Below are positions 9,141 through 17,094 of a stretch of DNA of 32,000 bases, in pieces. A model generated the notes under the pieces. The model did not search any database and was not told where the DNA came from. It worked only from the letters and a program-made list of their open reading frames with translations. The stretch's first letter is position 1, and every line of letters begins with the position of its first letter. Source of the DNA: an uncultured Clostridia bacterium (GTDB taxonomy: Bacteria; Bacillota; Clostridia; TANB77; CAG-508); NCBI GenBank assembly GCA_947623725.1, contig CANQHI010000010.1:7130-39129 (forward strand), written 5' to 3'. The position numbers were made by a program, and so were the translations under genes.

Positions 9141-10190
9141 ATGTACTTAAAGAAAATTAAAATTTGTAATTTTAGAAATTATGAATCTCAAGAAATAAAT
9201 TTTGAGAAGGGAATTAATATTTTTTTTGGAGATAATGCTCAAGGAAAAACTAATATTTTAGAAGCTGTATTTTTGTGTGCATTTGGAAAGTCTTTTAGAA
9301 CAAATAAAGAAAAAGAAATGATAAAAAAAGATGAAGATTTTGCAAATATTGAGTTAGAATTTGAAAAAAAAGATAGAGATGGAATTATAAAATTTAATAT
9401 TAGTGATAAAAAAAATGTTTTAGTAAATGATGTAAAATTAAATAAACTTAGTGAAATTTTAGGAAATATTAATTTAGTAATTTTTACTCCAGATGATATA
9501 AATATTTTAAAAGATGGGCCAGAAGAGAGAAGAAGATTTTTAGATATGATGATAGGACAATTAAGACCAAGATATATCTATAAATTAAATATGTATTTAA
9601 AAAATCTAAAACAAAGAAATAATTATTTAAAAGAAAAAATTATAAAAGACGAAATGCTTGAGATATGGGACGAACAGCTTGCTGAGTATGGGGAAGAGGT
9701 TTATAAATATAGAAAAGAATATATTGAAAAAATAAAAGATAAGATAAAAGAAATTCACTCACAGATTACAAATGAAGAAATAAAAATTAATTTTGTATCA
9801 AATTGCACAACAAAAGAAGAGTATCTAGAAAAATTAAAAAAGAATAGAGAAATAGATAAAATTAGAGGTTTTACAAGTGTTGGAGCACACAGAGATGACT
9901 TTAAAGTTTATATAGATGGGGAAGAAATTAATGTTTTTGGTTCACAAGGTCAAAATAGAACAGCAATTTTATCATTAAAATTAGCAGAATTAAAAGTAAT
10001 TTATGATGAAATAGGGGAGTATCCAATTTTACTATTAGATGATTTTATGTCAGAATTAGATGAAAAAAGAATTTCTAAATTCTTGTCAAATATAGAAGAT
10101 ATACAAGTTTTAGTTACTTGCACTAAAAATATTGATATAAAAAATAGTAAGGCTTATCAAATTATAAAAGGAAAAGTTGAAGAAGTATAA
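9141..10190 (+). CDS. recF: DNA replication and repair protein RecF
   Basis: 349 aa. Walker A GDNAQGKTNILEA, signature GSQGQNRTAILSLKLAE, Walker B ILLLDDFMSELD. Confidence 0.93.
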   Translation: MYLKKIKICNFRNYESQEINFEKGINIFFGDNAQGKTNILEAVFLCAFGKSFRTNKEKEMIKKDEDFANIELEFEKKDRDGIIKFNISDKKNVLVNDVKLNKLSEILGNINLVIFTPDDINILKDGPEERRRFLDMMIGQLRPRYIYKLNMYLKNLKQRNNYLKEKIIKDEMLEIWDEQLAEYGEEVYKYRKEYIEKIKDKIKEIHSQITNEEIKINFVSNCTTKEEYLEKLKKNREIDKIRGFTSVGAHRDDFKVYIDGEEINVFGSQGQNRTAILSLKLAELKVIYDEIGEYPILLLDDFMSELDEKRISKFLSNIEDIQVLVTCTKNIDIKNSKAYQIIKGKVEEV

Positions 10191-10199
10191 ATTTTTTAA

Positions 10200-10325
10200 T
10201 TTAATATAAATACAATATTTTGCAGTTGTGCGTAGCGACCAAGTGCATAGCACGCGAATGGAGCGAAATTTGCTTGCAAATTTCTAGCGACAACAAGCAA
10301 CAAAAAATATTGTATTTATATTAAA
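10200..10325. repeat. 22-bp perfect inverted repeats enclosing a GC-rich ~80-bp core (MITE-like element or structured RNA)
   Basis: 10200-10221 (tttaatataaatacaatatttt) is the exact reverse complement of 10304-10325. The core 10222-10303 is about half G+C by hand count. It contains direct repeats tagcgac (10243-10249 and 10286-10292) and the near-palindrome gaaatttgc-tt-gcaaatttc. Confidence 0.7.
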
Positions 10326-10407
10326 AGTTAATAAATATTATATAATTAATTTAAGTTTGTAAACATAAAAATATTGATATAAAATTAAAATTTAAACAAA
10401 TAAACAC

Positions 10408-10436
10408 TTGACAAATTTTAAAATTAAAAATAAACT
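10408..10436 (+). promoter_or_regulatory. Candidate gyrB promoter
   Basis: TTGACA (10408-10413), 17-nt spacer, TAAACT (10431-10436). Confidence 0.4.
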
Positions 10437-10561
10437 AATATAGTAAAAAATAAATATTTTTAAGCAATATAAATAAAAATTAATTAATAATTAATTAAAA
10501 TAATATCCATTATTTGGAATAGTTAATATAAAACATCAAAAACTCAGAAAGGAAAATAAAT

Positions 10562-12478
10562 ATGGAAAAAGTAGAACACGAGTATGGAGCAAATCAGATA
10601 CAAGTTTTAGAAGGATTAGAAGCAGTTAGAAAAAGACCTGGTATGTATATAGGAAGTGTTTCTATAAGAGGTTTACACCATTTAGTATATGAAATTGTTG
10701 ATAACTGTGTTGATGAAGCTTTAGCTGGATATTGTGACAAAATAACAATACAAATAGAACCTGGAAATATTATTTGTGTTGAAGATGATGGTAGAGGTAT
10801 ACCAGTTGATATTCACCCAAAAACTCATATTTCAGCAGCTGAGACTGTTTATACTGTTCTTCACGCAGGTGGAAAATTTGGTGGAGATAGTGGATATAAA
10901 GTATCTGGTGGATTACATGGGGTTGGTGCATCTGTTGTAAATGCTCTTTCTAATTGGGTTGAAGTAACAATTCAAAGAGATGGTGGAATCTACAATATGA
11001 AATTTGAAAAAGGAAAAACTGTCCAAAAATTAGAGAGAATAGGTGATTCTGATAAAACTGGAACAAAAGTAAGATTTTTAGCAGATGATACAATTTTTGA
11101 AACATTAGATTATGATTATGAAGTATTAGAAAAAAGATTTAGAGAAATAGCTTTCTTAACTAAAGGACTTACAATAATTATAGAAGATTTAAGAGAAGAA
11201 ACTCCTAAAAAAGCAGAATTTTGCTTTGAAGGTGGATTACGTTCTTTTGTAGAATTCTTAAATAAAAATAAAGAAACAATAAATAAAGAACCAATCTATA
11301 TAGAAAAAGCAAATGGGGAAGTACCAGTTGAAGTTTCACTTCAATATACAACAGCATATAGCGAAAGCATATATTCATTTGTAAATAACATTAATACTAT
11401 TGAAGGTGGAACACATCTTGAAGGATTTAAAAGAGCTTTAACAAAAGTATTTAACGATTATGCAAGATCACATTCTATATTAAAAGAAAAAGATTCTAAT
11501 TTACAAGGTGAAGATATAAGAGAAGGCCTTACAGCTGTTGTGTCCGTAAAGGTTAAAGATCCTCAATTTGAAGGACAAACTAAAACAAAATTAGGTAATA
11601 GTAATGTTACTGGAATTGTACAAGCTGCAGTAGTAGATGTTTTATCAGCATATTTAGAGGAAAATCCAGCTGTTGCTAAAGCTATTTTGGAGAAATGCGT
11701 TAGTGCTTCAAGAGCTAGAGAAGCTGCAAGAAAGGCAAGAGAACTTGTTAGAAAAAAGAATTCTTTAGAAGTTACAACATTACCTGGAAAATTAGCAGAT
11801 TGTAGTAGTAAAAATGCTGATGAATGTGAGGTTTATATAGTTGAGGGAGACTCTGCTGGAGGAAGTGCAAAACAGGGTAGAGATAGAAGAACACAAGCAA
11901 TTCTGCCATTATGGGGTAAAATGCTTAATGTTGAAAAATCAAGAGCAGATAAAATATATAATAACGATAAATTAAAACCAGTAATTCAAGCCATTGGAGC
12001 AGGAATTGGAGCTGATTTTGATGTAAATAAAATTAGATATGGAAAAGTAGTAATTATGGCTGATGCCGATGTTGACGGTTCACATATTAGAACATTATTA
12101 TTAACATTTTTCTTTAGATATATGAGACCTTTAATAGAGCAAGGGCATGTATTTTTAGCACAACCACCTTTATATAAAGTTTCTAAAAAGGGGATAAAAG
12201 ATGTTTATTGTTATACAGACGAAGAATTAGATGAAGAACTTGAAAAAATAGGTAGAGATAATGTTTCTATTCAAAGATATAAAGGTTTAGGAGAAATGAA
12301 TCCAGAACAATTATGGGAAACAACAATGGATCCACAAAATAGAATATTTGTTAAAGTTACTATGGAAGATGCAATAAAAGCAGATGAAATATTTAATATT
12401 TTGATGGGCGATGATATTGAACCTAGAAGAGAATTTATTGAGAAGAATGCAAAATTTGTAAAGAACTTAGATATATAA
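10562..12478 (+). CDS. gyrB: DNA gyrase subunit B
   Basis: 638 aa. [25 protein letters not shown]-terminus, Toprim [40 protein letters not shown]. Confidence 0.97.
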   Translation: MEKVEHEYGANQIQVLEGLEAVRKRPGMYIGSVSIRGLHHLVYEIVDNCVDEALAGYCDKITIQIEPGNIICVEDDGRGIPVDIHPKTHISAAETVYTVLHAGGKFGGDSGYKVSGGLHGVGASVVNALSNWVEVTIQRDGGIYNMKFEKGKTVQKLERIGDSDKTGTKVRFLADDTIFETLDYDYEVLEKRFREIAFLTKGLTIIIEDLREETPKKAEFCFEGGLRSFVEFLNKNKETINKEPIYIEKANGEVPVEVSLQYTTAYSESIYSFVNNINTIEGGTHLEGFKRALTKVFNDYARSHSILKEKDSNLQGEDIREGLTAVVSVKVKDPQFEGQTKTKLGNSNVTGIVQAAVVDVLSAYLEENPAVAKAILEKCVSASRAREAARKARELVRKKNSLEVTTLPGKLADCSSKNADECEVYIVEGDSAGGSAKQGRDRRTQAILPLWGKMLNVEKSRADKIYNNDKLKPVIQAIGAGIGADFDVNKIRYGKVVIMADADVDGSHIRTLLLTFFFRYMRPLIEQGHVFLAQPPLYKVSKKGIKDVYCYTDEELDEELEKIGRDNVSIQRYKGLGEMNPEQLWETTMDPQNRIFVKVTMEDAIKADEIFNILMGDDIEPRREFIEKNAKFVKNLDI

Positions 12479-12593
12479 TTTTTTGAAAAATAAGAAGATA
12501 GGTAAATTTTAGTTGACAAATAAAAAAAAAGATGTTATTATAATTTTAGCAAAAGCTAAAATTAAGTCAAATGAATTCAAAAAAAATTAAAAA

Positions 12594-12623
12594 GGTAGTT
12601 GCTTGGGGCAACTACCTTTTTTT
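12594..12623 (+). terminator. Strong rho-independent terminator downstream of gyrB
   Basis: GC-containing stem ggtagttgc (12594-12602) / gcaactacc (12608-12616), 5-nt loop, then TTTTTTT (12617-12623). An A-run upstream makes it potentially bidirectional. Confidence 0.75.
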
Positions 12624-12677
12624 GCTATGTACTAACAAAAAATTGTAAAAAAATACCAATTATTTTACAAAAAGCTA

Positions 12678-12706
12678 TTGACAAAATATGGAAAATAATG
12701 TAAAAT
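12678..12706 (+). promoter_or_regulatory. Near-consensus sigma-A promoter in front of the VirB4 operon
   Basis: TTGACA (12678-12683), exactly 17 nt, TAAAAT (12701-12706). SD AAAGGAG precedes ATG 12728. Confidence 0.6.
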
Positions 12707-12727
12707 AAAAATTGAGAAAGGAGAAAA

Positions 12728-13258
12728 ATGAAGGTTGAACAAATAAATTCTGTTCAAGAGTGGTTGCCTTTTGCAGAGATTTTAGATAAAGGAATTATAA
12801 AAATGAAAGATTCCTCCTATATAAAAATTCTAAATATAAATCCAATAAACTATATTCTAAAATCTAGTTTAGAAAAAGAGGCAATTTTAAATTCTTATAA
12901 AAATTTATTTAAAAGCTGTGATTTTAATTTTCAGATTATGATTCAAAGTCAAAAAGAGGATTTAAAAAATCATATCAATAAATTAAATGAAAATAATTTA
13001 TATCCAGAAATTAAAGAAAAATATATTAATTATATAAATTATTTTGTAAAAAATAAAAAATCCTCTAATAAAAAATTTTATCTAATATTAAAAAGTCCAC
13101 TATCTGAAGAAAATGAAAGTGTAAAAATACAAAATTTAGAAAATAATTATTTAAAAATTAAAGATTTATTCGGAAGATGTGGAAATATTGTATCTGAATA
13201 CACAGAAGAAAAGCAAATTATAGATGTTTTATATTCATTTTTTAATTCAAATAAATAA
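12728..13258 (+). CDS. VirB4/TcpF/Orf16-type T4SS ATPase, N-terminal fragment (ends at an in-frame TAA)
   Basis: 176 aa. EWLPFAEILDKGIIKMKDSSYIKILNINPINYILKSSLEKEAILNSYKNLF..FQIMIQS follows the N-terminal pattern I recall for Gram-positive VirB4 homologues (LPY...GII...Y.K...N...EQE.IL...QI.I). Same reading frame as the next ORF. Confidence 0.7.
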   Translation: MKVEQINSVQEWLPFAEILDKGIIKMKDSSYIKILNINPINYILKSSLEKEAILNSYKNLFKSCDFNFQIMIQSQKEDLKNHINKLNENNLYPEIKEKYINYINYFVKNKKSSNKKFYLILKSPLSEENESVKIQNLENNYLKIKDLFGRCGNIVSEYTEEKQIIDVLYSFFNSNK

Positions 13259-13270
13259 ATAACAAAAGAG

Positions 13271-15028
13271 GTGATATTTATAGATAATTATATAGGAGGA
13301 ACATTTAATGATAAGGATTATTTAAGTCCATCTTATATAAACTTAAATAATCCAAAATATATTGAAATTGATGGAATATACTATTCAAGTTTATTAATTG
13401 TAAATTATATAAGAGAGCAGAATGATTTAATTTTTCAAAATATAATTGATACAGATGAAAATATTTATATATCAATATATTATGAAAAACAAGATACATA
13501 TAAAGTTATAAAGGATTTAACATATAATATTGGAAATGTTGGAGTTGATTTAGAAAAAATAGGAAAAGCAAGGCAAGATTATGAAATTGCAGCCTTTACT
13601 TATAATGATGCAAAATATATTAGAAAAGAATTGCAAATAAATAACGAAGAACTTTTATTTATATATACATATGTTACAACTTTTTCGAAAGACAAAAGAG
13701 ATTTAGAAAATAAATTAAATAAAATTGAAGGAATGCTTAGAAGCAAAGGAATGCAATCGAAAAGAGCTTATTTTAGACAAGAGCAAACTTTTAGGACATG
13801 TTTGCCTTTTATGCAAAATGATAAAGATGTAAAAGAGGTTACAAAAAGAAATGTATTAACTAATTCTGTTCCGGCTACTTATCCATTTTTATCATCATCA
13901 ATATTTGATGAAAATGGCATATTTATTGGAACTAATGTATATAATAATTCATTAATTTTTTTAGATAAATATGACAGAAACAAGTATAAAAATTCTAATA
14001 TGTGTATATTTGGAACAAGTGGATCAGGAAAATCATTTTTTACTAAATTAATGATTTTAAGAAATAGTTTATTTGGATTAGAACAATATGTTATTGATCC
14101 TGATAGAGAATATGATGGTATTGCGAAAGAATTAAATGCTTCAATAATAAAAATAGGACCTAGCTCTGAAAACTATATTAATATCTTTGATATAAGAGAA
14201 GAAAGTTTAGAAGATGATCAAAAAGGATATTTATCTACTAAAATAAATAAAATTTTGGGATTTTTTAACTTAATTTTTGGAGAATTAAATGAAGAAGAGA
14301 AAGCTATTTTAGAAGAGAAAATAATAAAAACTTATGAAAAAAAGGGAATAACATTTGAAGATAAAAGCTTATATGAAAAAGGAATATTTAAAAAATCGGA
14401 AGATATGCCAATTTTAACTGACTTATATAATGAATTAGATGGTATTATGAAAATAAAATTAAAACCATTTGTTGAAGGCTCATTTAGATATTTTAATAAT
14501 CATACAAATGTTAGAATTAATGACAAATTAATTATTGCAGATATATATGAATTAGGAGAAGAAAATATTAAATATGGCTTATTTTTATTTACAGAATTAT
14601 TTTGGGATAAAATAAAAAAAGATAGAAACGTAAAGAAAAGTATTTATTTAGATGAGATTTGGCAATTGATAGGAGTAACTTCAAATAAAGAAGTAGCAAG
14701 TTTTATTTATAAAATATTTAAAACAATAAGAAAGTATGGAGGAAGTGCTATTGCAATAACTCAAGATGTGTCTGATTTATTTAGTTTAGATAATGGAACG
14801 TATGGAAGAAGCATATTAAATAATTCAGAAATAAAAACATTCTTCAATTTAGAAGAAGAAAATTTAAGAGTATTAGAAAAATACCTAAATATTTCAGAAA
14901 AAGAAAAAATTGAAATTAATTCATTAAGAAGAGGAGAATGTGTTATGTTTGTAGGAAAAGAACATATTTTAGTAAAAGTGGAGTCAGCGGATTTTGAAAA
15001 AGAAATAATAGGAGGTGGTAATAATTAA
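13271..15028 (+). CDS. VirB4/TcpF-type T4SS ATPase, central and C-terminal ATPase part
   Basis: 585 aa. Walker A GTSGSGKSFFTKL (14022-14045), VIDPDREY, Walker B IYLDEIW, AITQDVSD. Only a GTG start is available, and it lies inside an SD-like AAGAGGTGAT. Confidence 0.85.
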   Translation: MIFIDNYIGGTFNDKDYLSPSYINLNNPKYIEIDGIYYSSLLIVNYIREQNDLIFQNIIDTDENIYISIYYEKQDTYKVIKDLTYNIGNVGVDLEKIGKARQDYEIAAFTYNDAKYIRKELQINNEELLFIYTYVTTFSKDKRDLENKLNKIEGMLRSKGMQSKRAYFRQEQTFRTCLPFMQNDKDVKEVTKRNVLTNSVPATYPFLSSSIFDENGIFIGTNVYNNSLIFLDKYDRNKYKNSNMCIFGTSGSGKSFFTKLMILRNSLFGLEQYVIDPDREYDGIAKELNASIIKIGPSSENYINIFDIREESLEDDQKGYLSTKINKILGFFNLIFGELNEEEKAILEEKIIKTYEKKGITFEDKSLYEKGIFKKSEDMPILTDLYNELDGIMKIKLKPFVEGSFRYFNNHTNVRINDKLIIADIYELGEENIKYGLFLFTELFWDKIKKDRNVKKSIYLDEIWQLIGVTSNKEVASFIYKIFKTIRKYGGSAIAITQDVSDLFSLDNGTYGRSILNNSEIKTFFNLEEENLRVLEKYLNISEKEKIEINSLRRGECVMFVGKEHILVKVESADFEKEIIGGGNN

Positions 15029-16196
15029 AAGAATAGTTACTGCAATAGGGGATTCAAAATTAAATGATGAACTAAAAAATGAAAATTTAGAAGTAGTATG
15101 TGGGGATATTTTATATAAAGAGGGAATTTTAGAATTTTTAGAAGAAAATAAAAATGTAGATTATATAATTATAAACGAAAATTTATCTGGAAATATAAAA
15201 TTAATTGAATTATTAGAAAAAATAAAAAATATAAATAATAAAATAAAAATAATATTAATATCAAAAAATAATTATAATAATAAAGAAATATTAAAAAATA
15301 TTTATAAAAAAATAGAAAATATAAATAAAAATGAAATTATAAATATTATTTCAAAAAAAGATAGTGTATATAATAAAGTAACTATACCAATAAATGATTT
15401 TTTTTATGAAAATACAAAAGATGGAAAAATAATATCTATTTTAGGACCTAATGGAGTAGGAAAAAGTATTTTTTCGATTACACTAGCTAATAATATAAAT
15501 GATAAAAAAATATTAATAATTGATTTTGATGCATTTAATGAAAGTATTTATAATTTACTTGGAATAAAAAAAGAAAAAATTAATATTCAAGAAAAAAATA
15601 ATATTATATTTCAACAAAAACTAAATAATTATGAAAATAATTCAAAAAAATTAAAAAAAATAAATAATTTTAATGGTGAAAAATATTTTGAAGTAAAAAA
15701 TTTAATTATAAAATCTAAATATAATATAGATTTATTATCAGGAATAAATATAATATTTAATTTAAATTATCAAATTAATCCACAAAAATTAATTAATATT
15801 TTAAATAATTTAAAAAGAGAATATGATTATATAATTATTGATACTTCATCAGATTATTTATTAGAATATACATCTGAAATAATAAAAATATCAGAAAATA
15901 TAATTTTTATATCAGGTTCAAATTTATTAGAAATTAAGAAAACTCAAAAATTATTAGATATTTATATTGAACAATATAATATTCAAAAAGAAAAAATAAA
16001 TATTATTTTTAATAAATGGAATAAAAATTCAATAGATGATGGAGTTTTAAGAGAATTATTTAGAGATTATAATATTTTAGGAAAAATAAAATTAAGTGAT
16101 TATTATGATTTAGCAATAAATAGAAATAATATCAAAAATAAAAAAATTGAAAAAAATATAAAATATATTAGGAGAAAAATAGTTAGGCGAAAATAA
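15015..16196 (+). CDS. TadZ/CpaE-like protein: N-terminal receiver-like (pseudo-receiver) domain + ParA/MinD-family ATPase
   Basis: 393 aa. N-terminus has an alternating beta-alpha pattern (IVTAIGD, VDYIIINENL, IKIILIS) with no obvious phospho-acceptor context. ATPase part: ISILGPNGVGKSIFS (15444-15467), LIIDFD, Walker B YDYIIIDTS. Overlaps the VirB4 stop by 14 nt. Confidence 0.65.
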   Translation: MVIIKRIVTAIGDSKLNDELKNENLEVVCGDILYKEGILEFLEENKNVDYIIINENLSGNIKLIELLEKIKNINNKIKIILISKNNYNNKEILKNIYKKIENINKNEIINIISKKDSVYNKVTIPINDFFYENTKDGKIISILGPNGVGKSIFSITLANNINDKKILIIDFDAFNESIYNLLGIKKEKINIQEKNNIIFQQKLNNYENNSKKLKKINNFNGEKYFEVKNLIIKSKYNIDLLSGINIIFNLNYQINPQKLINILNNLKREYDYIIIDTSSDYLLEYTSEIIKISENIIFISGSNLLEIKKTQKLLDIYIEQYNIQKEKINIIFNKWNKNSIDDGVLRELFRDYNILGKIKLSDYYDLAINRNNIKNKKIEKNIKYIRRKIVRRK

Positions 16197-16200
16197 AAAA

Positions 16201-16254
16201 ATTAAATAAAAATAAAAAATTAAATAAAAATAAAAAATTAAATAAAAATAAAAA
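16201..16254 (+). repeat. Three perfect tandem copies of an 18-bp unit (attaaataaaaataaaaa) inside an A/T-only spacer
   Basis: Units at 16201-16218, 16219-16236 and 16237-16254 are identical, followed by a degenerate fourth copy from 16256. The spacer 16197-16340 has almost no G/C. Confidence 0.85.
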
Positions 16255-16351
16255 AATTAAATAAAATTAAAAAATAATAAAAATTAAATGGAAATAAATA
16301 AAAAGTAAAAAATAAATTAATAAAAAATAAATAAAATAGAAAGGAGAATAT

Positions 16352-17068
16352 TTGGAACTAACAAATACAATAGAAAATAATATTTCTAATGAATTAGTAA
16401 CAGAAAATACACAAAATAAATTTTTAAATTCGACCTTAGGAAAAGTAATAAACTTTGGATTAGATACAGGAATAAGAGCACTTTTACCAGATTTAATTGA
16501 GAATCAAGTAATAGATATTAAAGATGCAATTTTAAATAATGGTTTTTCTGCAGGAATAAAAAAGGCAATTTCATCAGCTATAGACTTAGGAAAAAGTGCA
16601 TTAGGAATTGTTACAGGAAAATTTGACAATATAGAGCAAGCGAGAACAGTAGTAAAATCAGGAGGATTGTTAGATAATATATCAAATTTATTAGATAAAG
16701 GAATTAATTTAGTAACTAAATCTGGTAAAATTCCAACAGAAATAGGAAATATTATTAGTAAGGGTAAAAATGTTATTTTAGATACAATTAGCAATAATAT
16801 CGAAGAAAATTTCGACACACAAATCAATTCAATACAAAGATTGAGCAAATATGCAGGAAATTGGAAAGATTATTACAAAAATCAGAATTTTACTGGAATG
16901 GAAAAAGAATATAAAAAAATTGAAAATACAATAAAAGATATATTACCTCTGGAAAATACTATGAGAGAAATTAGACAAATAGAAAATTTACATACATTAA
17001 TAAAAAATAAAAATGGTAATTTTGACCTAACTAAAGAGGAAATTGAATTAGCCAATAAATTAATGTAA
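16352..17068 (+). CDS. Hypothetical soluble protein, no recognised domain
   Basis: 238 aa, TTG start 5 nt after SD AAGGAG. No hydrophobic helices or signal peptide. Gly/Ile/Asn-rich N-half, charged helical C-half. Confidence 0.6.
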   Translation: MELTNTIENNISNELVTENTQNKFLNSTLGKVINFGLDTGIRALLPDLIENQVIDIKDAILNNGFSAGIKKAISSAIDLGKSALGIVTGKFDNIEQARTVVKSGGLLDNISNLLDKGINLVTKSGKIPTEIGNIISKGKNVILDTISNNIEENFDTQINSIQRLSKYAGNWKDYYKNQNFTGMEKEYKKIENTIKDILPLENTMREIRQIENLHTLIKNKNGNFDLTKEEIELANKLM

Positions 17069-17094
17069 ACTAAATGTCCGTAAGAAAAGATTAT

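Noticed and set aside
12643-12670. TTGTAAAA-N12-TTTTACAA inverted repeat upstream of the VirB4 promoter. A similar tttgtaaa/ttttacaa pair lies at 27049-27089, the other putative inversion endpoint. Considered as possible recombination sites.
   Set aside because: The 8-mers are short and expected several times by chance at this composition. The spacings differ (12 vs 25 nt), and at 27084-27089 the motif is simply the -35 of a promoter. Not enough to call a site.
13256-13258. Stop-codon reassignment (TAA read as sense), suggested by in-frame TAA codons in VirB4 and upstream of the DUF1858 gene (30996-30998).
   Set aside because: All core genes (dnaA, dnaN, recF, gyrB, gyrA and others) have normal lengths under the standard bacterial code, and many end in TAA. 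I know of no TAA reassignment in bacteria. Two cases are explained more simply as a mutation and a chance upstream ATG.
16201-16254. Possible CRISPR array (also considered for 2878-3430 and 28278-28495).
   Set aside because: The repeats are directly abutting with no unique spacers, are only 18 bp, consist purely of A/T, and no cas genes are present.
12728-17068. VirB4-like ATPase + ParA-like ATPase + orphan read as a stand-alone anti-phage defence operon (HerA/DUF87-type ATPase systems).
   Set aside because: The N-terminal fragment matches the VirB4-specific N-domain pattern, and four other T4SS components lie in the same window. A secretion/conjugation origin is therefore more parsimonious. 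Kept only as an alternative within the main finding.
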